A DNA stretch of 64,000 nt from an uncultured Thermoplasmata archaeon (lineage in GTDB: Archaea; Thermoplasmatota; Thermoplasmata; RBG-16-68-12): contig CAVYJM010000006.1 in NCBI GenBank assembly GCA_963768855.1, positions 800,001 to 864,000 of the forward strand, read 5' to 3'. The position numbers and the translations under genes are program-made. The notes under the pieces were generated by a model that saw only the letters and a list, made by a program, of their open reading frames with translations, was not told where the DNA came from and did no database searches. Of this stretch, positions 27,383 through 35,292 are shown piece after piece. The number at the start of each line of letters is the position of its first letter. Position 1 is the first letter of the stretch.

Positions 27383-28801
27383 TCACGTCGTGCTGGCCTG
27401 GTATCCTTCCGCGATCCGACGTCGAACATCCGGGTTGAGCAGGTTCCCGAGGACCACCTTTCGGCCCGTGCGGTTCGATCCCATCATGCGCACGAAGTCC
27501 TTCAGGCCACCCTTGCTCTTCCATCCCTGGATGTGCGCGGCGTAGGCCGCTTCGGAGAGCTTCCCTAGGAGTTCCTGCGGCAATCCGTTCTCGTGGTACT
27601 CCCAGATCCGATGGTTCCGCTTCCAGTCGTCCGGAGCCACGAGGCCCTCGTCTACGAGGTCGTCCCAGATCGGAGTCCCGACAAGGCAATCGAGGATGTT
27701 CACTTGCACCGCGTGAGGCCGGAGGTCGCGGATGAAATCGATCGTCCGCTGGATGTCCTCGCGCTTCTCCACCGGGGCACCGATGATGAAGGACGTCACG
27801 ACGATCATCCCGGCGCGCTTCGCGTCCGCGACCGCTCGCTGGGCTTGGATCGCACGGATCCCCTTCTTGTAGTAATTCAGGACATGGGGCGTGGGGCTCT
27901 CCACTCCGAAGTACATCACGTCGAATCCGGCGCGCTTCATCGTCCGAAGGAGCTCGTAGGGCGCGTTGTCGACCCGCCCCTCGCAGTACAAGCGCATGCG
28001 GATCCTGCGCTCGCGGATCTGCTCGCAGATCTCCGTGACCCGGCTCTTCTTTAGGGTGAAGTTGTCGTCCACGAAGACCACGTTCTCGTAGCCTTGCTCG
28101 TGCAGGTCCTCGAGCTCGTCCACGACGTTCGTGGCGGTGCGAGCCCGCCACCGGCGCTGGGAGAAGGCAGCGCAGGAGCAGTAGGTGCAGGCGAACGGGC
28201 AGCCGCGGGACGACACGATCGTCGTGAACTTGCCGAACGTGAGCCGGATCTTCTCATGGAAGTAGCCGTACTCGAGGTCCCCGAGCATGCGCCGATCCGG
28301 CGCGGGGAGCGAGTCCAGGTCCTTGATGACGGCCAGCGGCTGGCTCACCAGGTTTCCGTCGCGCAGATAGCTGATGCCCTCGACGTCGGACGGCTCCTTG
28401 TCCTGCTCAAGGCGATCGAGGAGGTCCGGGAACGCGCGCTCGGCCTCCCCCTTGATCACGTATTCGACGAACGGATAGTCCCGCAGGATCTTCTCCGCGG
28501 CGAAGGTCGAGTGGTACCCGCCCATGACGAGCGTGGTCTCGGGCCTCGCCTCGTGGATCTTGCGGAGGGCTTCGATGGCTTCGAGGAAGGTGTGGGTCGA
28601 GCAGTTGATCCCGAAGACGTCCGGCCGCTCGCGTGCGACGTGCGCGGCGAGCTCGTCCCCGCTGAGGTTGCGGCAGAACGCGTCGAGGACCTGCACGTCC
28701 TCGCGTCGGCGGGCGCGGAGGCTCGACGCGATGTAGAGGAGGCCCAGGGGCGGCCACAGTTCGGTCGTCTTCCCCGGAGGGGTGGACAGGAGCACTTTCA
28801 T
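27383..28801 (-). CDS. Cobalamin-binding-domain radical SAM enzyme
   Basis: PPLGLLYIAS, MGGYHST, SSRGCPFACTYC (CxxxCxxC), FVDDNF, FGVES. Confidence 0.88.
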   Translation of the reverse strand: MKVLLSTPPGKTTELWPPLGLLYIASSLRARRREDVQVLDAFCRNLSGDELAAHVARERPDVFGINCSTHTFLEAIEALRKIHEARPETTLVMGGYHSTFAAEKILRDYPFVEYVIKGEAERAFPDLLDRLEQDKEPSDVEGISYLRDGNLVSQPLAVIKDLDSLPAPDRRMLGDLEYGYFHEKIRLTFGKFTTIVSSRGCPFACTYCSCAAFSQRRWRARTATNVVDELEDLHEQGYENVVFVDDNFTLKKSRVTEICEQIRERRIRMRLYCEGRVDNAPYELLRTMKRAGFDVMYFGVESPTPHVLNYYKKGIRAIQAQRAVADAKRAGMIVVTSFIIGAPVEKREDIQRTIDFIRDLRPHAVQVNILDCLVGTPIWDDLVDEGLVAPDDWKRNHRIWEYHENGLPQELLGKLSEAAYAAHIQGWKSKGGLKDFVRMMGSNRTGRKVVLGNLLNPDVRRRIAEGYQASTT

Positions 28802-28956
28802 GATCGGGGTCCGAGGTCGCCGCCGCGGCATCTCTCGCGTCCTTTGACGGAGGCGGGGCAGCCGCTGGTTGGGGCCTCTAGGCGCACAGCCGGAACCGCG
28901 GGTAAGAACACTCCGTACATTCTATGGGTGTAGTCCTGGGCAGGCGCCGCCCGTCC

Positions 28957-29364
28957 CTAGAGGCCCAGGAGGGCGTCGAGGGACCAGGCTCCCGCGCCGA
29001 GGAGGACGAGGGCGAGCGCCCCCGCCAGGTAGAGGAGGTCCATCTCCCAGCCTCCGATCAGCTTCTTGCTCAGCTTCTTCCGGGCGAAGATCGTGGTCGC
29101 GATCATCTCGAGGCCGAAGAGGACGCCCACAACCCGGGTGAGGAGCCCCGCGACCAGGACGATGCCGCCAAGGAACTCGAGGACCGTGAAGACGTAGGCG
29201 AACCCCGTGGCCCATGCCCATCCCGTGCTGGCGACCCAGGAGGCCGTCTGCCTGGGATTCTTGATCTTGGGCCAGCCATGGAGGATCATGAGGCCCCCGA
29301 CGGCGAGCCGCAACACGAGCGAGGCGAGGTCCGTCGATTGCAGGAAGCCGAATGCGCTCATCAT
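28957..29364 (-). CDS. DoxX family membrane protein
   Basis: LVLRLAVG..MILHGWPKI, EFLGG, GWEMDL, GAGAWSLD. Confidence 0.85.
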   Translation of the reverse strand: MMSAFGFLQSTDLASLVLRLAVGGLMILHGWPKIKNPRQTASWVASTGWAWATGFAYVFTVLEFLGGIVLVAGLLTRVVGVLFGLEMIATTIFARKKLSKKLIGGWEMDLLYLAGALALVLLGAGAWSLDALLGL

Positions 29365-29420
29365 TTCGGCGAAGCGTCTGGTCCCTAAATCCTTTGCGTG
29401 TCCGACGGGAACCGCAACAC

Positions 29421-30032
29421 TCAAGTCCTTTTGCGGGCCGCCCTCTCGATGCGCTCGTACTTCTCTAGGTACAGCCGCTCGCAGGAGTGGCAGCAGAAGT
29501 AGTGGTACCGGCCGTCGCGTCGCACCTTCACGGGCTCGTCGTGGATCGGCCCCTTGCACTCGAAGCAGACGAGGCTCGTCGAAAGCCGATTGGACAAGAC
29601 GGCTGCCGGCTCGTCCTTCACGCTCTTCAAGCCCACGTATGGCTGGACGTTGACGACGTCGGGGAGCGAGGAGACCTCGTGGACAATCTGCTCGACCTCT
29701 TCTCGCCGCACGGCCGTCGGGTCGACGAGGATCCATCCCGGACGGCCTGTGAGGACCCGTCGTGCCCAGCCGGATTCCGCGATCCTCGCGGCGACCGCGT
29801 CAGCCGCTTGGCGTCGCGTCTTGACGACCAGGGCCACGGTCGTCTCGTTGAGGCGCTCGGGATCCAGGACCGCCCGGTACCCTCGTACGATGCCGAGATT
29901 CTCCAGGTTCCTAAGGCGGGTACTCACCGTCGGCACGCTCACCCCGACTCGCTTTGCGACGGTCCGCAGGGAGGCTCGGGCGTCCTCCTGAAGACAACGA
30001 AGAATCGCGGCGTCCGTGGCGTCGAGCTTCAA
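29421..30032 (-). CDS. Lrp/AsnC-type regulator with C-terminal TRASH metal-binding domain (CopR-like)
   Basis: LDATD..IL..LQEDAR.S...VAKRVGVS.PTV..RL, then CFEC...YFCCHSC; TTG start inferred about 25 nt below a TATA. Confidence 0.8.
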   Translation of the reverse strand: MKLDATDAAILRCLQEDARASLRTVAKRVGVSVPTVSTRLRNLENLGIVRGYRAVLDPERLNETTVALVVKTRRQAADAVAARIAESGWARRVLTGRPGWILVDPTAVRREEVEQIVHEVSSLPDVVNVQPYVGLKSVKDEPAAVLSNRLSTSLVCFECKGPIHDEPVKVRRDGRYHYFCCHSCERLYLEKYERIERAARKRT

Positions 30033-30134
30033 CGTCGAGGGATGGCTTCGGTGGCCCTTAAAGTTCCTTTGCATCCGAGGCCGCACAATCTTATACCCGT
30101 GGCTCGGGCTTAAGCGGACCCTGCGTGGGGAGCG

Positions 30135-31529
30135 GTGTCGTCGGTGACGATGGTCCAGGAGCTCGCGGAGTTCGTCGTCGCCAGTTCGTTCGACGATCTC
30201 TCGGACGCCGCCGTCGACGCCCTGAAGATCCGGATGCTCGACGGTCTCGGGTGCGCAATCGGGGCCCTCGATGGCCAACCCATCCGCGCCCTGCGCGACC
30301 ATCTCGCCGACTTCGGCGGACGTCCGCTGTGCACGACGATCGGCGGGCCGAAGAACGCGCCAGACCGCGCCGCGCTGATCAACGGAGCGCTCGTCCGGTA
30401 CCTTGACTTCAATGATAGCTACCTCGCGAAGGGGGAGACGTGCCACCCGAGCGACAACCTCGGTGCGATGCTCGCCGCGGCGGAATATGCGAAGGGAAGC
30501 GGGATGGACCTCCTCGTCTCCCTCGCGGTGGCCTACCAGGTCCAGTGCCGCCTGAGCGACGTGGCTCCCGTGCGGGCGAAGGGCTTCGACCACACGACCC
30601 AGGGATCGTACGCCGTCGCCGCTGGCGCGTCGAAGGCCCTCGGGCTTGACGCAGTCCGGACCGCGAACGCGATCGCGATCAGCGGGACCGCATTCAACGC
30701 GCTGCGGGTGACCCGCACCGGCACGCTCTCGAACTGGAAGGGCCTCGCCTACCCGAACACCGGATTCTGCGGCACGCACGCGACGTTCCTCGCCAAGCAC
30801 GGGATCACCGGACCCCTGGAGGTCTTCGAGGGGAACAAGGGGTTCATGGACGCGATCGCCGGGAGGTTCGCCATCGACTGGTCCGCGGAGGATCTCGAGC
30901 GCGTCACGCGCACGATCGTCAAGCGCTTCAACGCGGAGGTCCACTCCCAGTCCGCGACGGAGGGCATCCTCGAGCTCCAGGCGGAAGCGGGCTTCGCGGG
31001 AAGCGACGTCGACCGGATCGAGATTGACATCTTCAACGTGGCCTACGACATCATCGGAGGAGGCGAGGAAGGGTCGAAGTACGGGGTCCGGACGAAGGAG
31101 GAGGCCGACCACAGCCTCCAGTACATCGTCTCCGCCGCGATCCTGGACGGCAACGTCCTGCCTTCTGCGTACGCTCCCGCGCGGATCCTGCGCGAGGACA
31201 TCCAGCAGCTCCACCGCAAGGTCGTCGTCCGCCCGAAGAAGGAGTACAGCGACCGCTTCCCGGGCGAGATGCCGTGCCACCTGACGGTCCACCTGAAGGA
31301 CGGCCGCATCCTGGAGAAGGAGAAGCGGGACTACGAGGGCTTCGTCACGCGCCCGATGACCCGGGCGACGGCAGAGGCGAAGTTCCACGCCCTCGCCTCG
31401 CCCTTCGCCTCGGCGGCCCTCCGGAAGCAGATCACCGAGTCCGTGTCGAATCTGGAGAACCTTCAAGCGTCGGACTTGCTCAAGCTCCTCGCGAAGATAC
31501 CGAAGCGTGGCGGGGGGCGGTCGTCATGA
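30135..31529 (+). CDS. MmgE/PrpD family protein
   Basis: RMLDGLGC, NGALVRYLDFND, CHPSDN, WKG, ADHSLQY. Confidence 0.88.
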   Translation: MSSVTMVQELAEFVVASSFDDLSDAAVDALKIRMLDGLGCAIGALDGQPIRALRDHLADFGGRPLCTTIGGPKNAPDRAALINGALVRYLDFNDSYLAKGETCHPSDNLGAMLAAAEYAKGSGMDLLVSLAVAYQVQCRLSDVAPVRAKGFDHTTQGSYAVAAGASKALGLDAVRTANAIAISGTAFNALRVTRTGTLSNWKGLAYPNTGFCGTHATFLAKHGITGPLEVFEGNKGFMDAIAGRFAIDWSAEDLERVTRTIVKRFNAEVHSQSATEGILELQAEAGFAGSDVDRIEIDIFNVAYDIIGGGEEGSKYGVRTKEEADHSLQYIVSAAILDGNVLPSAYAPARILREDIQQLHRKVVVRPKKEYSDRFPGEMPCHLTVHLKDGRILEKEKRDYEGFVTRPMTRATAEAKFHALASPFASAALRKQITESVSNLENLQASDLLKLLAKIPKRGGGRSS

Positions 31530-32380
31530 GTCCCAAGACAACCTCGAAGGCATGGCAGGAGCAGGAGCGCGCGTTCAGCTGGGTCAAGCGGAACGATCGG
31601 CAGGGGAAACCGCGGACGAAAGGCCTCACGGAGATCCGGGGACCGTACTACTCCGTCATGGGGCCGCGGTACCTCGAGGACGTCCTCGAGACCGCCGGAG
31701 ACTACGTCGACTCGCTGAAGTTCGCTGCAGGTTCGTTCAGCGTGATCCCGAAGAAGTCGCTGCGGCAGCTCCTCGACCTCGCTCACTCTTATGACGTTCA
31801 GGCGTCGACCGGTGGCTGGATCGAGTACGTCCTCACGCAGGGCAAGAAAGCCGTGGACCGCTACATCGAGGAGGTCAAGTCAGTCGGTTTCGACATCCTT
31901 GAGATCTCCGCAGGTTTCATCTCCATCCCGATTGACGACTGGGTCGGGCTCGTGGAGCGGGTGAAAGACGAGGGCCTCAAGCCCAAGCCTGAGGTCGGGA
32001 TCCAGTGGGGCGCCGGCGGCGAGACGAGCGTCGAGGAACTCGAGGAGGCCGGGGTCCGCGATCCGGCACGCGCCATCCACGCCGCGAAGCGATTCCTCGA
32101 GGCGGGGGCCTACCTCATCATGATCGAGTCCGAAGGGATCACCGAGAACGTGAAGGCATGGCGAACCGACGTCGTGTCCCAGATCACGGATGCCCTCGGC
32201 ACGGAGAAGGTCATGTTCGAGGCCGCGGACCCCCAGGTCTTCACGTGGTATGTCCAGAACTACGGGGCGGACGTGAACCTCTTCGTGGACCACAGCCAGA
32301 TCGTCCAGCTCGAGATCGTGCGGCGCGGAATCTGGGGCATGGCGGCAAACTGGGGCCGTATCGTCACGTACAAGCCATGA
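31526..32380 (+). CDS. Phosphosulfolactate synthase (ComA)-family TIM-barrel protein, divergent subfamily
   Basis: GLTEIRGPYY, DSLKFAAGS, TGGWIE, EISAGF, VMFEAAD, YGADVNLFVDH; ATGA overlap. Confidence 0.85.
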   Translation: MSPKTTSKAWQEQERAFSWVKRNDRQGKPRTKGLTEIRGPYYSVMGPRYLEDVLETAGDYVDSLKFAAGSFSVIPKKSLRQLLDLAHSYDVQASTGGWIEYVLTQGKKAVDRYIEEVKSVGFDILEISAGFISIPIDDWVGLVERVKDEGLKPKPEVGIQWGAGGETSVEELEEAGVRDPARAIHAAKRFLEAGAYLIMIESEGITENVKAWRTDVVSQITDALGTEKVMFEAADPQVFTWYVQNYGADVNLFVDHSQIVQLEIVRRGIWGMAANWGRIVTYKP

Positions 32381-32397
32381 GCCCAGGAGACGAGAGC

Positions 32398-33636
32398 ATG
32401 GACCGCGCGAAGTACGTCATCGTGGGCGGGGGCCTTGCGGGCTTCAACGCGATCCCCGCAATCCGCGAGCGGGACCCGGAGGGCCGCATCGTCCTCGTCA
32501 CCGATGAGAAGGAGCGGCCCTACGACCGCGTGCCCCTTTCCAAGAAGTACCTGCAGGGCACTCTCTCCCGCGAAGGCGTGTTCCTCCGTCCGAAGGAGTT
32601 CTTCGACGAGAACCAGGTCGAACTGACAACGAGCCGAAGAGCCACGGCACTCGACGTGCAGGCGAAGACGATTTCACTGGACGACGGCCGGGGACTGCGC
32701 TACGAGAAGCTGCTGCTGGCCACGGGCGGTCAACCGCGTCACCTGCCCCTTCCTGGCTCGGAGCTGCCCGGGATTCGCTACCTCCGGACCCTCGAGGACA
32801 GCGACGTCCTCAAGGAGGATATGGCGGGAGCCAAGCGGCTCGTCGTGGTCGGTGGCGGATTCATCGGATGCGAGGTCGCAGCTGCGGGCGTCGTGAAAGG
32901 CCTCGACGCCACGATTATTGAGGTGGGTCCCTACCTGCTGAACATGGCCTTCGATGAGCCCACCGGCCGCTGGGTGACGGACTACCTCACCGCCAAGGGG
33001 ATGAAGGTCCGATGTGGGGAACGGGCTTCCCGGTTCCTGTCGCGGGACGGCCGCCTGACGGGTGTCGAGACCTCGGGCGGAGCGGCGATTCCCGCGGACC
33101 TCGTCGTCGTCGGCGTGGGCCTCCTGCCGAACACGGATCTCGCAAAGGCTGCCGGACTCCAGGTGGACAACGGGATCGTGGTCAACGAGCGGCTGGAGAC
33201 CAGCGCCCCGGACGTGTATGCCGCGGGTGACGTGGCCCGGTTCTACTCGACCGTCTTCGAGCGGCGGCTGCGAGTCGAGCACTACGACGTCGCGGTGCGG
33301 CACGGGAAAGTCGCGGGCGCGAACATGGCTGGCGCGGGCGTGGCCTTCACGGAGCTTCCCTACTTCTTCTCGGACATGTTCGAGCTCCGGATTCACGTGC
33401 ATGGCACGCTGAGCGACCACGACCGAGTCGTCCTGCGCGGGGAGCGGAAGCTGACGGACCAGGGGGGATTCATCCAGTTCTATCTCAAAGGCCATCGCAT
33501 CATGGCGTACCTCGGCGTCAACCGGAAGCTCAAGGAGGAGCGTGCGGCCCAGAAACTCATCGCGTCGCGCCGCCCTTTCGAAGATACACGTCCTCTGGAG
33601 GATCCGAGCGTCGATCTCGCCGCGCTGGCCGGTTAG
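32398..33636 (+). CDS. FAD/NAD(P) ferredoxin-reductase-like oxidoreductase
   Basis: GGGLAG, PYDRVPLSK, GGGFIGCE, YAAGDVA, PYFFSD; alternative start ATG 32377 overlaps the upstream stop. Confidence 0.88.
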   Translation: MDRAKYVIVGGGLAGFNAIPAIRERDPEGRIVLVTDEKERPYDRVPLSKKYLQGTLSREGVFLRPKEFFDENQVELTTSRRATALDVQAKTISLDDGRGLRYEKLLLATGGQPRHLPLPGSELPGIRYLRTLEDSDVLKEDMAGAKRLVVVGGGFIGCEVAAAGVVKGLDATIIEVGPYLLNMAFDEPTGRWVTDYLTAKGMKVRCGERASRFLSRDGRLTGVETSGGAAIPADLVVVGVGLLPNTDLAKAAGLQVDNGIVVNERLETSAPDVYAAGDVARFYSTVFERRLRVEHYDVAVRHGKVAGANMAGAGVAFTELPYFFSDMFELRIHVHGTLSDHDRVVLRGERKLTDQGGFIQFYLKGHRIMAYLGVNRKLKEERAAQKLIASRRPFEDTRPLEDPSVDLAALAG

Positions 33637-33658
33637 GTCTCGCGCCGGCCTCATAACG

Positions 33659-33664
33659 CTTATA
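33659..33664 (+). promoter_or_regulatory. TATA box of tRNA-Pro
   Basis: cttata about 30 nt upstream of the mature tRNA 5' end. Confidence 0.6.
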
Positions 33665-33694
33665 CGGAAGCCTCCCTTACGCGAAGCCGCCTCC

Positions 33695-33769
33695 GGGTCC
33701 GTGGGGTAGCTTGGTCTATCCTTGGTGGTTCGGGACCACTAGACTCCGGTTCAAATCCGGACGGACCCA
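33695..33769 (+). tRNA. tRNA-Pro (anticodon CGG), intronless, no encoded CCA
   Basis: Acceptor stem GGGTCCG/CGGACCC; D-arm GGGT-AGCTTGGTCT-ATCC; anticodon arm GGTGG-TTCGGGA-CCACT; T-arm TCCGG-TTCAAAT-CCGGA. Confidence 0.95.
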
Positions 33770-33860
33770 TCCCTATCTGCCCGCCCGAGCACGCTGATAT
33801 CGATTTGATGGAATTGGCAAACCGCAATAAAGAAGCGGGCCGTTGTTTTGAATCGATTCA

Positions 33861-34505
33861 ATGAAGATTGGCATCCTCGGCAGTGGCGACGTGGGACAGA
33901 CCCTGGGCCTCGGCTTCGCGAAGCGGGGTCACCAGGTGACGATCGGCTCGCGGACGCCGGGCTCGGGGAAACTGAAGACTTGGACCCGCAAAGCCGGACC
34001 GTCGGCGAACGCGGCGAGCTTCGCAGAGGCCGCGATGGGAGAGGTCCTCGTGCTCGCTTGCCTCGGCAGCGCCGTGGATGACGTGATCAAGGCGGTCGGT
34101 CCGAAGAGCTTCGCGGGGAAGATCCTGATCGACGCGACGAACCCACTGGACTTCTCGAAGGGCATGCCTCCCGGGTTGTCCTTCGGCCTGACGGACTCCC
34201 TGGGGGAGCGGGTGCAGGAGCGCCTGCCTAAGGCGAAGGTCGTGAAGTGCTTCAACACGGTTCCGAGCCTCCTCATGGTGGACCCGAAGCTTCGGAGTGG
34301 GCAAGCCGAGATGCTCATCTGCGGAAACGATGCAGATGCGAAGGCGCGGGTGACCAAGATCCTGAAGGAGCTCGGATGGACGGGTGCCATCGACGTGGGC
34401 AAGATCGATGGATCGCGATGGATGGAAGCCCTCGTCCCGCTGTGGGTCCGCGTCAGCAACAGCCTCGGCACCTGGAACCAATGCTTTCAGATCGCCCGCG
34501 CATGA
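33861..34505 (+). CDS. F420-dependent NADP oxidoreductase family protein
   Basis: MKIGILGSGDVG, IGSR, IDATNPL, VVKCFNT, ICGND. Confidence 0.85.
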   Translation: MKIGILGSGDVGQTLGLGFAKRGHQVTIGSRTPGSGKLKTWTRKAGPSANAASFAEAAMGEVLVLACLGSAVDDVIKAVGPKSFAGKILIDATNPLDFSKGMPPGLSFGLTDSLGERVQERLPKAKVVKCFNTVPSLLMVDPKLRSGQAEMLICGNDADAKARVTKILKELGWTGAIDVGKIDGSRWMEALVPLWVRVSNSLGTWNQCFQIARA

Positions 34506-34594
34506 GAGGGGCGCCTCTCGCTTAGGTCATCGGACCCCGGGGAGACGGCGAGCCTGGCTTCGGCTGACCGAAGGGGGAAGACTCAAAAGGAAGG

Positions 34595-34621
34595 AAGACC
34601 GACCACCGCCTTGGGCGGCCA
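34595..34621 (-). terminator. Candidate terminator (hairpin plus pyrimidine tract) below the 34652-35089 gene
   Basis: Minus strand reads gccgcccaaggcgg followed by cttccttccttttg. Confidence 0.35.
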
Positions 34622-34651
34622 GTCAATGCTCACGGGACGGGGTCGGAACGA

Positions 34652-35089
34652 TCAGTCCGTTTCCGTCTCGTTGTCGTGGTCAATCTCGGGGGTCTGACCC
34701 GACTTCTCCTGGGCCCAGGCGGGCATGTCGCCCGTCCGGAGCGTGATCCACGAGCCTCCGTTGATGGAGACGGACCAGGCTTCCAGGTCGGTCGTGCTGT
34801 TGTCGTCGAAGACGCCCTTGACGCTCGCGGTGTCGTTCACCTTGATCGCCGGGTAGTTGTGCTCGGCCCAGTACCAAGGCGGCGCCAGGTCGACATGGAT
34901 CGTCGACGTCCCGTTCGTCAGGTTGAACCCGACGCTCGCGTTGAAGTGCGGGTTCCAGTCGACGGAACTGACCGTCCCTGAGACCGTCACGAGGCTCGGG
35001 GATGCGTCCATCGTGTGGAGGGCGAACCCCGCGGCGCCCGCGCTCCCGACGAGCGCCAGCGCGACGAGGACCAATGCGGCGTGTGCCAT
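34652..35089 (-). CDS. Secreted OB-fold-like protein (MamS/MamX-domain-like motif pattern)
   Basis: Signal peptide; VDLAPPWYW...VNDTASVKG...LEAWSV...LRTGDMPAWA; six N-x-S/T sequons; AAGGAGG SD. Confidence 0.65.
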   Translation of the reverse strand: MAHAALVLVALALVGSAGAAGFALHTMDASPSLVTVSGTVSSVDWNPHFNASVGFNLTNGTSTIHVDLAPPWYWAEHNYPAIKVNDTASVKGVFDDNSTTDLEAWSVSINGGSWITLRTGDMPAWAQEKSGQTPEIDHDNETETD

Positions 35090-35292
35090 GTTTCGTTCTG
35101 CCTCCTTACGCCGGCCGAGCACGGCCGGGGAGTTAAGGGTTCTTTGACGCTCCTCGAACGGAGAATGACGCCGCGGAACGAGCGAGCGCCTCACGCTCCC
35201 CTTTGGTTCGCTGGCAGAATCGTTATTAGCTCATCCTGCCATGGCCGGGCAGTTCCCCCCAAACGGAACTCGTCTTAGGAGGAGAGGAGAGC

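Noticed and set aside
28957-29736. Fusion or programmed frameshift between the Lrp-TRASH regulator and DoxX
   Set aside because: The regulator ends normally at 29421 and DoxX has its own ATG; the upstream extension is an incidental open frame
30135-32380. Methylcitrate cycle or coenzyme M / methanogenesis genes
   Set aside because: No prpB/prpC or comB-E nearby, and the ComA homologue lacks the catalytic Lys
33848-33861. FNR box
   Set aside because: Differs from TTGAT-N4-ATCAA in both half-sites, and no CRP/FNR regulator is seen; kept only as a generic operator candidate
34652-35089. Magnetosome gene
   Set aside because: Only a domain-level resemblance; no magnetochrome CxxCH motifs and no other mam genes
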